Shown here piece after piece: positions 18,945 through 28,955 of a stretch of DNA of 64,000 nucleotides (position 1 is its first letter; each line of letters begins with the position of its first letter). The position numbers and the translations under genes are program-made. Below the pieces are notes generated by a model. The model had not been told where the DNA came from and did no database searches. It saw nothing but the letters and a program-made list of their open reading frames with translations. This DNA comes from an uncultured Candidatus Rokubacteria bacterium (lineage in GTDB: Bacteria; Methylomirabilota; Methylomirabilia; Rokubacteriales; DASRDR01): positions 32,001 through 96,000 of the forward strand of contig CAWGVS010000003.1 of the NCBI GenBank assembly GCA_963826115.1, read 5' to 3'.

Positions 18945-20360
18945 ATGCTGCTGCTCGGGATCGCGCGCGGAGGGCTGCCGCAGCGGGACGGTCGCCGGAA
19001 GCGCGTGGTCGTCGTCGGCGCGGGGATGGCAGGGCTCGTCGCCGCGTGGGAGCTCGCGCGCGCCGGCCACGATCCGGTCGTGCTCGAGGCGCGGGCGCGG
19101 GTTGGGGGGCGCGTCCACACGCTCCGCGAGCCCTTCACCGACGGGCTCTACGCCGAGGTGGGCGCGATGCGCATCCCTCGCACCCACGACCTCACCCTCG
19201 CCTACTGCGAGCGGTTCAAGCTCCGCCTGACGCCCTTCACGGCGAGCAATCCGCAGGCCTACGTGTTCCTCGGCGGCCACCGCTGGCGCCTCGGGGAGGT
19301 GCAGACGAACCCGTCGTGCCTGCCGTTCGCGCTCGAAGACCGGGAGTGCGGCCGCACGGTGGACGCCCTGTGGACCGACGCGATCGCGGGCTTCACGGAC
19401 CGGATCGCCCGCGAGGGCGACGCCGCCTGGGACGCCATCGTCCGGCAATGGGACCACTGCTCCACCCGCGAGTTCCTCGAGGAATGCCGCTGGTCCGAGG
19501 GCGCCATCGAGGCCTTCGGCCTCCTCCAGTTCCAGGAAGCCCTCATGAACTCGTCCTTCCTGGAGCTCCTCCGCGAGGAGGTCACCCGGTGCTACGTCGA
19601 CCTGGTCGAGATCGAAGGCGGGATGGACCGGCTGCCCGGCGCCTTCGTTCCCGAGCTCCGGACCCGGATCCGGTTCGGCGCCAAGATGATCGCCCTCGAT
19701 CAGGACGAGCGCTCGGCGACGGTGCACTACCAGACGGCGGCCGGCCGGTTCCGCGAGACGGCCGACCACGTCCTCGTGACCGTGCCGTTCGCGGTGCTCC
19801 GCCACGTCGAGACTCTCAAGCCGTTCTCCCCGGCCAAGCAGCGGGCCATCCGGCAGCTCCACTACGACGCGGCGGCGAAGATCCTCTTGCAGTGTCGCCG
19901 GCGCTTCTGGGAGGAGGACGACGGCATCCACGGCGGGGGAACGGTGACGGACCTGCCCATCCGCGCCCTCTACTACCCGGACCACGGCCGCGAGACCGGC
20001 CGCGGGGTGCTGCTCGCGAGCTACACCTGGTCGGAGGACGCCCAGCGGTGGGGCTCGCTCTCGCCCGTCGACCGGGTCGCCCAGGCGCTCGAGAACGTCG
20101 CGCTCATCCACCCCCAGGTGACGCAGGAGTTCGAGGTGGGCGCGTCCCACATGTGGCACCAGGACGAGTTCGCCGGCGGGGCGTTCGCCCTCTTCGACCC
20201 CGGCCAGCAGACGCGCCTCTACGGCGCGATCGTCGCGCCCGAGGGGCGCATCCACTTCGCGGGCGAGCACGCCTCCCACGCCCACGCCTGGATCCAGGGC
20301 GCCGTCGAGTCAGGCCTCCGCGCCGCCCTCGCGATCCACCTGGACGGAGCGGGGTCCTGA
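18945..20360 (+). CDS. Flavin monoamine oxidase / L-amino-acid oxidase family
   Basis: GAGMAGL, LEARARVGGR, EVGAMRIP, GGMDRLP, HFAGEH..AWIQGAVESG. Confidence 0.92.
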   Translation: MLLLGIARGGLPQRDGRRKRVVVVGAGMAGLVAAWELARAGHDPVVLEARARVGGRVHTLREPFTDGLYAEVGAMRIPRTHDLTLAYCERFKLRLTPFTASNPQAYVFLGGHRWRLGEVQTNPSCLPFALEDRECGRTVDALWTDAIAGFTDRIAREGDAAWDAIVRQWDHCSTREFLEECRWSEGAIEAFGLLQFQEALMNSSFLELLREEVTRCYVDLVEIEGGMDRLPGAFVPELRTRIRFGAKMIALDQDERSATVHYQTAAGRFRETADHVLVTVPFAVLRHVETLKPFSPAKQRAIRQLHYDAAAKILLQCRRRFWEEDDGIHGGGTVTDLPIRALYYPDHGRETGRGVLLASYTWSEDAQRWGSLSPVDRVAQALENVALIHPQVTQEFEVGASHMWHQDEFAGGAFALFDPGQQTRLYGAIVAPEGRIHFAGEHASHAHAWIQGAVESGLRAALAIHLDGAGS

Positions 20361-21272
20361 CGGCCTGAGCGCGCGGCCCCCCGTCCCGGGCGTCGCCCGG
20401 CCAAGCCGGCGGCGGGCCCCGTGCGACACGAGCTCCCGCAGGGCCTCGACCGCGCGCGACCGATCCCCGCGCCGCCAGATCAGCGACGTCGTCAGCCGCC
20501 AGGGCCGCTTCTCCAGTCGGTGGGTCCTCACCGAGTCCCGCGCGCTCGACGTCGCGAGGACGGACCTCGGCGCCAGCGCGTAGCCGACGCCGGCCGCGAC
20601 GCAGGCGAGCATGGCGTGGTACGAGGCGACCTCGAAGGTTCGCGGGGGCCGGACGCTCTGCGCGCCGAGCCACGCCTCGATGCAGGCGCGATACGTGCAC
20701 CCGCCTCCGAAGGCGACCAGGGTCCTCCCCCGGAGGTCGCCCGCGCCCCGGCACCGGCGCATCGATGGATGCGTGACGAGCACGAGCTCCTCCACGAAGG
20801 CGGGATCGCCGGCGAGGGCCGGATCCGTCATGTCGCCGCTCACGAAGGCCGCGCTCAGGTCGCCCGCGCGCACCTGCCGGACGAGGGCGCCCGAGGTCCC
20901 GATCGTCAGGTGGACCTCGAGCGCGGGGTGCTCCGCGTGGAGCGCCGAGAGCAGGCGCGGCAGGTGCACCGCCGCGGTGCTCTCCATGGCCCCGACCCGG
21001 AGGCGGCCGCGGGGCGACGCCGCGGAGAGGTCCGCCTGCGCTTCCTCCGCGAGGGCGAGCAGCCGGTCCGCATAGTCCATGAGCCGTCGGCCTTCCGCCG
21101 TCAGGGACATGCCGCGCCGGCCGCGGACGAAGAGGGACACGCCGAGCTGGGCCTCGAGCCGCTTCACCCGGGCAGTCACGTTCGACTGGACCCGGTGGAG
21201 GCGCTCCCCGGCCCGCGTGACGCTGCCGGCCTCGGCCACGGTCTTGAAGAGGGCGAGGTCGGAAAGCTCCAT
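20310..21272 (-). CDS. LysR-family transcriptional regulator
   Basis: HTH GSVTRAGERLHRVQSNVTARVKRLE, GRLRVGAMESTAA. Divergent from the nitronate monooxygenase gene. Confidence 0.93.
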   Translation of the reverse strand: MELSDLALFKTVAEAGSVTRAGERLHRVQSNVTARVKRLEAQLGVSLFVRGRRGMSLTAEGRRLMDYADRLLALAEEAQADLSAASPRGRLRVGAMESTAAVHLPRLLSALHAEHPALEVHLTIGTSGALVRQVRAGDLSAAFVSGDMTDPALAGDPAFVEELVLVTHPSMRRCRGAGDLRGRTLVAFGGGCTYRACIEAWLGAQSVRPPRTFEVASYHAMLACVAAGVGYALAPRSVLATSSARDSVRTHRLEKRPWRLTTSLIWRRGDRSRAVEALRELVSHGARRRLGRATPGTGGRALRPSGPRSVQVDREGGAEA

Positions 21273-21278
21273 TCTGCG

Positions 21279-21293
21279 TTCTCCTGACGAGAT
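21279..21293. promoter_or_regulatory. Candidate LysR recognition site (T-N11-A)
   Basis: TTCTC-CTGAC-GAGAT imperfect dyad in the AT-rich divergent intergenic region. Confidence 0.4.
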
Positions 21294-21397
21294 GGCTAGC
21301 TTCACAAAGATTCATTTTACGAGAACGCTTTCCGGGGGCAAGGTGGAGCTCGGGGCGGCGCCACGGCGGCGTGGACGGCGCCCCGGAGGAGGAACGG

Positions 21398-22483
21398 ATG
21401 GCAGTCCGGACAGCGCTGACGGACCGGCTCGGCATGCGCCACCCCGTCATCCAGGCGCCCCTCGCCGGCGGCGGCGACACGCCCGACCTCGTGGCGGCGG
21501 TCGCGGAGGCGGGCGCCCTTGGCTTTATCGGCGGCGCGTACCTCACGCCCGCGCAGATCGTCGAGTCGTTCCGCGCGGTCAAGGCCCGGACTCACCGCCC
21601 GTTCGGGATCAACCTCTTCGCGCCGCTCCCGGCGCCGGCGCTGCCGAGGGGCAGCGCGAGGGCCCTCGAGCGCCTCCGGCCCTACTACGCCGAGCTCGAG
21701 CTGCCGGAGCCCGAGACCCCGGCGCCGGCACCCGGCGCCTTCGAGGCGCAGCTCGCCGCGGCTCTCGCGTCGGGCGCCGCGGCGTTCAGCTTCACGTTCG
21801 GCCTCCTGCCCGACGACGCGATCGGCGCCATCAAGGCCCGCGGCATGCTCCTCGTCGGCACCGCGACGACGGTCGAGGAGGCGATCACCCTCGAGCGCGC
21901 CGGCGTGGACGCCGTGGTCGCGCAGGGCGCCGAGGCGGGCGGACATCGTGGCACGTTCCAGGGCTCGTTCGAGTCGGCCATGGTCGGCACGATCGCGCTG
22001 GTCCCGCAGGTCGTCGACGCGGTGGGGGTCCCAGTCATCGCCTCCGGCGGGATCATGGACGGGCGCGGGATCGCCGCCGCGCTCGCCCTCGGGGCCTCCG
22101 CCGTCCAGATGGGGACGGCCTTCCTGGCCTCGGACGAGGCCGGCGTCCCGGAGGCCTACAAGCGGGCGATCGCGGAGGCGCGCGAGGATGCCACCCGGCT
22201 CACGCGGGCGTTCTCGGGCCGGCCCGCGCGCGGCATCGCGAACCGCTTCATGACCGAGATGGAGACGGCGGCGGGGGACGACATCCTTCCGTTCCCATAC
22301 CAGAACGCCCTGACGCGCCCGCTTCGGACCGCGGCCGCTCAGAAGGGTCGCGCCGAGTACCTGTCGCTCTGGGCCGGCCAGGGGCTACGGCTCGCCCGTC
22401 GTGGCCCGGCAGCGGCGCTCGTGGCGCGGCTGGCGGCGGAGACCGACGAGGCGCTGGAAGGGCTCGGCCGGCGGCGGGGCTGA
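21398..22483 (+). CDS. Nitronate monooxygenase family flavoprotein
   Basis: PVIQAPLAGG, PFGINLF, QGAEAGGHRGTF, GGIMDGRG, VQMGTAF, LWAGQG. SD GGAGGA. Confidence 0.93.
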   Translation: MAVRTALTDRLGMRHPVIQAPLAGGGDTPDLVAAVAEAGALGFIGGAYLTPAQIVESFRAVKARTHRPFGINLFAPLPAPALPRGSARALERLRPYYAELELPEPETPAPAPGAFEAQLAAALASGAAAFSFTFGLLPDDAIGAIKARGMLLVGTATTVEEAITLERAGVDAVVAQGAEAGGHRGTFQGSFESAMVGTIALVPQVVDAVGVPVIASGGIMDGRGIAAALALGASAVQMGTAFLASDEAGVPEAYKRAIAEAREDATRLTRAFSGRPARGIANRFMTEMETAAGDDILPFPYQNALTRPLRTAAAQKGRAEYLSLWAGQGLRLARRGPAAALVARLAAETDEALEGLGRRRG

Positions 22484-22532
22484 GGCCGGGACGGACGGTC
22501 GGCGGCGGCCCGCGCGCCGCCGCTGGCCGCGC

Positions 22533-23555
22533 TCAGAACCAGCGACGCTTGTCGACGACCGTGGCGAGAGACTCGCCCCGCGCGAAGCGGCGAACGTTGT
22601 CCAGGAGGACCGCCAGGTGGCGCTCGGCGATCCTCGGTGAGTTGCCGGCGACGTGCGGCGTCAGGATCACGTTCGGCATCCGCCAGAGCGGGTGGTCCGA
22701 CGGCAGGGGCTCAGTCTCGTACACGTCGAGCCCGGCGCCGCCGAGCTCGGCGGCCCGGAGGGCGGCGACCAGGTCGCCCAGGTCCACGATCGCCCCGCGC
22801 CCGATGTTGATCAGGTAGGCGCTCGGCTTCATCTGGCGGAACTGCGCCCGCCGGAACATCTTCGCCGTCTCGGGGGTGTGGGGCGCGGCGATCACGACGA
22901 AGTCGCTCTCCCCGAGGAGGTCCGGCAGCCGGTCCAGGCGCCAGAGCGCCGCGATCCCGGTCGGCGCCGTCGCCTGCACCGGGTCCACCGCGAGGACCCG
23001 CATCCCGAACGCCAGACCGCGCCGCGCGATCTCGGAGCCGATCTGACCCAGGCCCACCACGCCGAGGGTGGAGTCCGCGAGGTGGAGGTGCGAGCGGTCG
23101 ACGGCGCTGACATGCGCGGGGCCCGTGACGAACCCTGACCGCTCCAGCGTGTCGCCCGCGCTCTCCGGCTTGCCGCCGACCGGCGCCCACCGGGCGTCCA
23201 GCTGGTTGCGGATGTAGTGGTGGAAGTTGCGCGCGAAGCAGAGGACGTAACCGAACACGTGGTCCGCGATGACGTCCGAGTAGAGCCCCCGCATGTTGGT
23301 GAGGGCGCACGGGTGCTCCACGAGCGCGGGGAACATGTAGTGCTCGAGGCTGGCCGTCGGCGCCTGCACCCAGCGGAGCCGCCGGGCCGCGCCGAGGAGA
23401 TCGGGAGTGATCTTGCCGTAGAAGGCGTCGGCGTCGCCGAGCGCGGCGCGGGCCTCCGCCTCGTTCGCGGCGTTGACGACGGTCATGGGACGGGCGGCCT
23501 CGACGATCTTCGCGAGGCGCTCGGGCTCGACGGGCGGATAGAGGACGAGCTTCAC
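22533..23555 (-). CDS. D-2-hydroxyacid dehydrogenase family protein
   Basis: GVVGLGQIG, PHTPET, INIGRG, LDVYETEPLP, ILTPHVAG. GTGA overlap with the ATP-grasp gene. Confidence 0.92.
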   Translation of the reverse strand: MKLVLYPPVEPERLAKIVEAARPMTVVNAANEAEARAALGDADAFYGKITPDLLGAARRLRWVQAPTASLEHYMFPALVEHPCALTNMRGLYSDVIADHVFGYVLCFARNFHHYIRNQLDARWAPVGGKPESAGDTLERSGFVTGPAHVSAVDRSHLHLADSTLGVVGLGQIGSEIARRGLAFGMRVLAVDPVQATAPTGIAALWRLDRLPDLLGESDFVVIAAPHTPETAKMFRRAQFRQMKPSAYLINIGRGAIVDLGDLVAALRAAELGGAGLDVYETEPLPSDHPLWRMPNVILTPHVAGNSPRIAERHLAVLLDNVRRFARGESLATVVDKRRWF

Positions 23556-24844
23556 GCGCAGGGCTCCTTGGTGTCGGCGGTGTCCGGGGTCGTGGTCGTG
23601 CCCGCCGCGCCGGCCGGGCCGATGTCGAAGTCGAGGCGCTCGTGGGCGGCCCGCAGGGCGCCCTCCACCGCCTCGGGGGAGTCCGCCCGGGCGAGGATGA
23701 AGCCGAGGTAGCGCGAGCCTTCGGGGAGCGGGACCAGCTCCTGGCCGACGTGCGCGCTGATCGTGACGTCCTCGATCCCCGGCACGGCGAGGGCCGCGTC
23801 CCGGCCGCCAGCGGCCCGCAGCACGCCGCCGCGGGGGATCGGGATCATCATCACCCCGGCCGGCTGACGCTCGCGCTCGAGCGAGTCCAGCTCGATGCCG
23901 AGCGCGTGGCGGATGACCAGCTCCTCCAGCGACACGCCCGCGCCGAACCGGAGCGTGCGCGAGCAAAGCCCGCCGATCGTGCGAGCGGCGACCTCGACCA
24001 CCCACGGCCCGCGCTCGTTGACGCGGAGCTCCGCATGCACCGGCCCCTCGGTGAGTCCGAGCGCCCGGGCGGCCCAGCGCGTCTCGGCGGTGATCGCCAC
24101 CTGGACGTCGGCCGGGAGGCGCGAGGGCGTCACGTAGATCGTCTCCTCGAAGTACGGACCGTCGAGCGGATCCGGCTTGTCGAAGAGCGCGAGGACGTGG
24201 AGCTCCTCGCCGATCAGGAGGCCCTCGAGCGCGACTTCCTTCCCCGGCACGAACTCCTCGACCAGGATCTCCGTGGCGCCCTCGCCGAGACCCGGCGTGT
24301 CGAGCGAGGCGAGGATGGCCGCGATCCGTCGGAACGCGACCACGAAGGCCGCCGGATCGTCCGCCCGGATCACCCCGCGGCTCCCGGCGAGAATCGTGGG
24401 CTTCAGGACGACCGGGTAGGCCGCGCGGCCGGCGGCGTCCTCCGGGTCGTCCGACACCTCGAGAAGCGTGAAGCGGGGCGACCGCACACCGGACCTCGCG
24501 AAGGCCTCGCGCATCCGGTGCTTGTTCCGCGTGGTCGAGACGGCGCCCAGCGGGCTCGAGCGGAGGCCGAGGCGCTCGGCGATCGCGGCGCCGACGACGG
24601 TCGTCCGGTCGTCCACGGGCACCACCGCGTCGATGCGATGCCGCCGGCTGAACTCCGCCACCGTCCGCGCCGCCTTCTGGGGATCATCGAAGTCGAGCGT
24701 GACGAGGTTGTCCGGCAGCGCCGCCTCGAGGACGTTCGGGCGCTCGGACGCCACCACCATCTCGACGTCGAGCTTCGCGGCCGCGGCGACGAAGTCCTCG
24801 GTCCGGTAGGTCGTGGTCGGGATCAGGAGGAGGAGGCGGAGCAC
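23552..24844 (-). CDS. ATP-grasp domain protein (amino-acid ligase-like)
   Basis: NKHRMR, PVVLKP, GSRGVIR, VEEFVPGKE, FEETIYVTP, HAELR, EVAARTIGG. Confidence 0.9.
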   Translation of the reverse strand: MLRLLLLIPTTTYRTEDFVAAAAKLDVEMVVASERPNVLEAALPDNLVTLDFDDPQKAARTVAEFSRRHRIDAVVPVDDRTTVVGAAIAERLGLRSSPLGAVSTTRNKHRMREAFARSGVRSPRFTLLEVSDDPEDAAGRAAYPVVLKPTILAGSRGVIRADDPAAFVVAFRRIAAILASLDTPGLGEGATEILVEEFVPGKEVALEGLLIGEELHVLALFDKPDPLDGPYFEETIYVTPSRLPADVQVAITAETRWAARALGLTEGPVHAELRVNERGPWVVEVAARTIGGLCSRTLRFGAGVSLEELVIRHALGIELDSLERERQPAGVMMIPIPRGGVLRAAGGRDAALAVPGIEDVTISAHVGQELVPLPEGSRYLGFILARADSPEAVEGALRAAHERLDFDIGPAGAAGTTTTPDTADTKEPCA

Positions 24845-24914
24845 GGGGTCAGGCCCTTACGTCGACGACAGGACGACCGCCCGCGGGTGCGACGGCGTCG
24901 AGGCCCGACCGGAG

Positions 24915-25205
24915 TCAGGCCTTCGACGGGGCGTAGTAGGGGTTCGAGCCGGAGGCGTGGTCCGTGGTGTCCAGGACCTCGGTGACCTCCGGGATCTCCT
25001 CGAAGATCATCCGCTCGATGCCGGCCTTCAGCGTCACGTCCGCCGCCCCGCAGCCCTGACAGCCGCCCGACATCCGGATGTAGACGGTCGACTCCTTGAC
25101 GTCGATCAGCTCGATGTAGCCACCGTGGCCGGAGACCGCGGGGTTGATCGCGGTGTCGAGCAGCTCCTGCACCTTGTCCTTGAGCCCCACACCTTCGTCC
25201 GCCAT
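24915..25205 (-). CDS. NifU/NfuA C-terminal domain Fe-S carrier
   Basis: INPAVSGHGG, GGCQGC, LKAGIE, DTTDHASGSNPYY. SD GGAGGG. Confidence 0.9.
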   Translation of the reverse strand: MADEGVGLKDKVQELLDTAINPAVSGHGGYIELIDVKESTVYIRMSGGCQGCGAADVTLKAGIERMIFEEIPEVTEVLDTTDHASGSNPYYAPSKA

Positions 25206-25293
25206 CGCTTCCCTCCCTCGTGAGCGCGCCCCCTTCGGTGACGGGCGGGCCGCCTGACGTCATTCTACCCCAGGCCTCCGGCGCCCGTCTCCG

Positions 25294-26742
25294 TCAGAGC
25301 GCGCTTCCGACCGGCCGTCCGCGGAGGGCCAACTGGCCCTCGGTGGGCTCCGCTCAGCAGAACCAGGGCTCCGTGAGGTGCGGCGGGCGCGCCCGGTCCG
25401 GCCGGCGGAGCGCGTCGGCCAGCGGGCGGTGCGGCCGACCGGCGGTCGCGGCGGCAAGCGCCCGCACCCGGTCGAACGTCTCCGCCTCGTCGGCGTGCGT
25501 CTCGGCCGCCGCCTCCACCACCCGGGCCACGTCGGCCTGCAGGGCGTCCATCCGCGGGTCGGGATGGCGCCAGGCGTGGGAGAACGCGTCCTCCACGAGC
25601 GGCCCGAGGTGCGCTCGCATGCCCGGGTGGCGGGCGAGGAGGGATCCCGGAGGCACCAGGAGGCGCAGCGAGTACTGCACGGGATCCACCGCGTCCAGCA
25701 GGCTCTCCGCCTCCACGAAGTCGAGCATCGCCAGGTAGTCGTCGAGCGTCGTCCAGGGGGTGAACGCTACCCAGGTCGGGCGGAGCGGGAGCCCGGCCGT
25801 GCGCATGAGCCCGACCAGCTCGACCACGTCGGCGCCCGTGTGGCCCTTGTCGAGGTGGCCGAGCACGATATCGCTGAGCGACTCCACCGCCGAGACGACG
25901 AAGGCGCAGCCGAGGTCGCGGAGCTCCGGCAGCATGGCGCGGTGTCGCAGGAGGTGCTCGACCTTCGCGGTGACGTCGAAGGACAGGTGGGGGTGCGCCG
26001 CGTGGATCGCCCGGGCCACGGCCAGCGCGTGCCGGGGGCCGTTTAGGAAGTCGGGGTCCCCGATCGTCACGTGGGTGGCGCCCGCCTCGACGCACTGGCC
26101 GACGTCCGCCAGGACGACGTCCGGCGGCACGACGAAGAAGCGCCCGCCGTACACGGGCGGGATCGGGCAGTGGCGGCACAGGTGCTTGCACCCGCGGCTC
26201 GCCTCGACGTAGCCGACCAGCTCGTGGCGTCCGGCGCGCTCGAGCCGCGCGTACTGCTTGAGCGAGGGCAGCGCCGCGCGGCTCGGCCGCGGGAAGCGGA
26301 GGCGCGCGAGATTCGGGGCCGCCGGACGCGCGACCGTCCCGACGCCCTCCGGCGGGCTCCCGTCCGACTCGAGGGACTCGGCGAGCGCGACGAGCGGCGC
26401 CTCCGCCTCGCCCCCGATCACCGAATCGACGCCGTGGGCGTGGAGGTATTCGGCGTTCAGGTGGGCGTAGAGACCGTAGGCCGCCACGTGACACGTCGGA
26501 TTCACGGCCCGGACGCGGGCGATCAGCGCGCCGCCGACCCGCAGCGCGGTGTGCATCGGCACGGACACCGCCACCAGACGCGCGCGCGCCGCCTTGTCCG
26601 GATCGAACGGCTCGACGGACACGTCCATGACCGCCGGCGCGAAGCCGCGCGCCTCCAGGAACGCCGCGGCCCACGCGACGCCGAGGGGCTGGTGGCCGAG
26701 CTCGTAGCACGAGACCAGGAGGATCGCGCCGGGCTCCCGCAT
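25294..26742 (-). CDS. CUAEP-tail radical SAM selenoprotein (UGA=Sec at 25354-25356)
   Basis: CKHLCRHC radical SAM motif and N-terminal YELGHQPLG. Reading through the TGA gives EPWFC-U-AEPTEGQLALRGRPVGSAL*. Confidence 0.9.
25321..25353 (-). promoter_or_regulatory. Bacterial SECIS-like hairpin
   Basis: GAGGGCC-AGTT-GGCCCTC stem-loop starting 12 nt after the UGA. Confidence 0.7.
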
Positions 26743-26860
26743 CGCCTCCTACTCTACCCCCTCGCGGAGCCGGGCCCCGGCGCGTTGCCGGCCCGGGAGC
26801 CCTGGGCTACGCTGGCCCCCGGCGACCCCGACCCCGCGCGCGACCCCGAAGGAGGCCCTC

Positions 26861-27487
26861 ATGTCGAGCCCCGGCGATCCCGGCCCGATCCTGCGCGACG
26901 AGATGCTCCCCGCCCGTGGGCGGACGGCCTTCGCCGTCGAGCGCGGCCAGACGGTCCGCGTGATCGACGTGGACGGGCAGCAGGTCGCCGACTTCGTGTG
27001 CTTCCGGCGCCCGGACACGGCCGAGAAGCTCTCCGTCCACAACACGGCTCTCATCCAGGGGACGATCCACATCACGACCGGGCATCTCCTCCTGTCCGAC
27101 CGGTGCGGCACGCTCATGACGATCACCGCCGACACGTGCGGGCTGCACGACCTCCTGGCGGGCTCCTGCAGCGAGGGCACGAACCGCTGGCGCTACGGGG
27201 TGGCGAATACTCCCAACTGCCGGTCCAACTTCGAGGCGGCCCTCCGGCCCTTCGGGATCCCGCTCACGGAGGTGCCCTACAGCTTCAACATCTTCATGAA
27301 CGTGCCGATCGCCGATGGGAAGATCGGGATCCAGGCGCCCGTCTCCAAGGCGGGAGACTACGTGGACCTCCGGGCGGAGACGGACCTCCTCGTCGCGATC
27401 TCGAACTGCCCCCAGGAGCGCAACCCGTGCAACGCCTACACGCCGACGCGTCTCCGCGCAGTCGTATTTGGAGCGTCTCCGACGTGA
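26861..27487 (+). CDS. Urea carboxylase-associated family protein (DUF1989)
   Basis: GQTVRVIDVDGQQVADF, HDLLAGSC, NCRSNF, FNIFMNV, ISNCPQERNPCN. Confidence 0.88.
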   Translation: MSSPGDPGPILRDEMLPARGRTAFAVERGQTVRVIDVDGQQVADFVCFRRPDTAEKLSVHNTALIQGTIHITTGHLLLSDRCGTLMTITADTCGLHDLLAGSCSEGTNRWRYGVANTPNCRSNFEAALRPFGIPLTEVPYSFNIFMNVPIADGKIGIQAPVSKAGDYVDLRAETDLLVAISNCPQERNPCNAYTPTRLRAVVFGASPT

Positions 27488-27515
27488 GAGGCGAGCGGGC
27501 GGAGCGGACGGCACC

Positions 27516-28265
27516 GTGAGCGCCCCCGCGTCCCCGGTGCGCTTCGTCGACCGCGGCGCCGCGCGGCTCGCGTACGTCGCCCAGCCCGGCGCGGGTCCCA
27601 CCGTCGTGTTCCTGGGCGGGTACGCGTCGGACATGACGGGGACGAAGGCGACCTACCTCGAGGACTGGTGCCGCGCGCGCGGGCACGCCTTCGTGCGGTT
27701 CGACTACCAGGGACACGGGCGCTCTTCGGGCCGACTCGCCGACGGCACGATCGGCGAGTGGCGGGACGACGCGCTCGCGATCATTGAGAAGTGCACGCGG
27801 GGCCCGCTGCTCCTCGTCGGATCGAGCATGGGCGCCTGGGTCATGCTGCTCGCCGCGCTCGCGATGCCGGATCGCGTCCACGCGCTGGTGGGCGTCGCGG
27901 CGGCGCCCGACTTCACCGAGGACCTCCTCTGGGCGCGGCTCGGCGAGGACCAGCGCGCCCGCCTCCGGCTTGACGGCGTCGTCCATGTCCCGTCCGCCTA
28001 CGGCGAGCCCATGCCCTTCACCTGGCGCCTCGTCGAGGACGGCCGGCGGCACCTCCTGCTCCGCGCGCCTCTCAGCCTGCCCGGCCCCGTCCGGCTCCTT
28101 CACGGAACCCGGGACGCCGACGTGCCCTGGGAGACGTCGATGCGCCTCGCCGAGACGATCCGGGAGCGCGACGTCACGCTGACGCTGGTGAAGGACGGCG
28201 AGCATCGTCTGTCGGAGCCGCACGAGCTCGCGCTCCTCGGCGCCACCGTCGGGAGCCTCCTCTGA
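27516..28265 (+). CDS. Alpha/beta hydrolase (ABHD10-like)
   Basis: SDMTGTKA, RFDYQGHG, GSSMG nucleophile, APDFT, DGEHRLS. Confidence 0.9.
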   Translation: MSAPASPVRFVDRGAARLAYVAQPGAGPTVVFLGGYASDMTGTKATYLEDWCRARGHAFVRFDYQGHGRSSGRLADGTIGEWRDDALAIIEKCTRGPLLLVGSSMGAWVMLLAALAMPDRVHALVGVAAAPDFTEDLLWARLGEDQRARLRLDGVVHVPSAYGEPMPFTWRLVEDGRRHLLLRAPLSLPGPVRLLHGTRDADVPWETSMRLAETIRERDVTLTLVKDGEHRLSEPHELALLGATVGSLL

Positions 28266-28936
28266 GCGACGACGCCGGGCGGACGACGCGCCCGGAGGGC
28301 CCGCTCCGGAACCGGGCCACGCCGCGCGGCGAGCTCGTCGCCACGGCCGCGCGCGGCACGCTCATGGGGAACCGCGGCCGTCTCCACGCGCCCGACCGCC
28401 GGATCGTGCGGCGGGTGGCCCCGGGCTACCGGGCGTGGGTGACGTGCGTCCTCGAGTTCCGGGGCCGGCGCCGCCCGGTGATGGAGCCCGGTCGCTACAC
28501 CGAGCTGTTCTTTCTCGACGAGGCCACGGCACTGGCGGCCGGGCACCGTCCCTGCGGCGAGTGCCGGCGGACGGACTTCCGCCGCTTCAAGGCGCTCTGG
28601 CTCGCGGCCAACCGGGACCGACGGCTTGGGGCGGACGTGCTCATCGGCGCGATCGACCGGGAGCTTCACCGGGACCGGATCGGGGACGACGGAGGGGCCC
28701 GGACGTATGCCGCGGAGGTCGGCTCGCTGCCGGACGGCGTCTTCGTCGCGCTCCCGGGCGTCCCGACGCCGCTCCTGGTCTGGAAGGGCGGCTTGGCACC
28801 GTGGTCGCCCATCGGCTACGACGCGCCCCGGAAGCCGACCCCACGGCAGCGGGCGGAGGTCCTGACCCCGCGCTCCACGGTGCTGACGATCGCCGCGGGG
28901 TACGCGCCCGGCGTGCACCCGAGCGCGCGCGGCTGA
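28262..28936 (+). CDS. Conserved hypothetical protein with Ada-like Cys motif
   Basis: MGNRG.LH, YTELFFLDEATALAAGHRPCGECRR. Probable CTG start at 28262; first ATG at 28364. Confidence 0.75.
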   Translation: MSDDAGRTTRPEGPLRNRATPRGELVATAARGTLMGNRGRLHAPDRRIVRRVAPGYRAWVTCVLEFRGRRRPVMEPGRYTELFFLDEATALAAGHRPCGECRRTDFRRFKALWLAANRDRRLGADVLIGAIDRELHRDRIGDDGGARTYAAEVGSLPDGVFVALPGVPTPLLVWKGGLAPWSPIGYDAPRKPTPRQRAEVLTPRSTVLTIAAGYAPGVHPSARG

Positions 28937-28955
28937 CGGCGCGTCCGGCGCCGGC

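Noticed and set aside
20310-20360. Convergent 51-bp overlap of the LysR and amine oxidase genes as a regulatory feature
   Set aside because: Most simply a drifted stop codon giving a low-complexity LysR tail, which is common at high GC.
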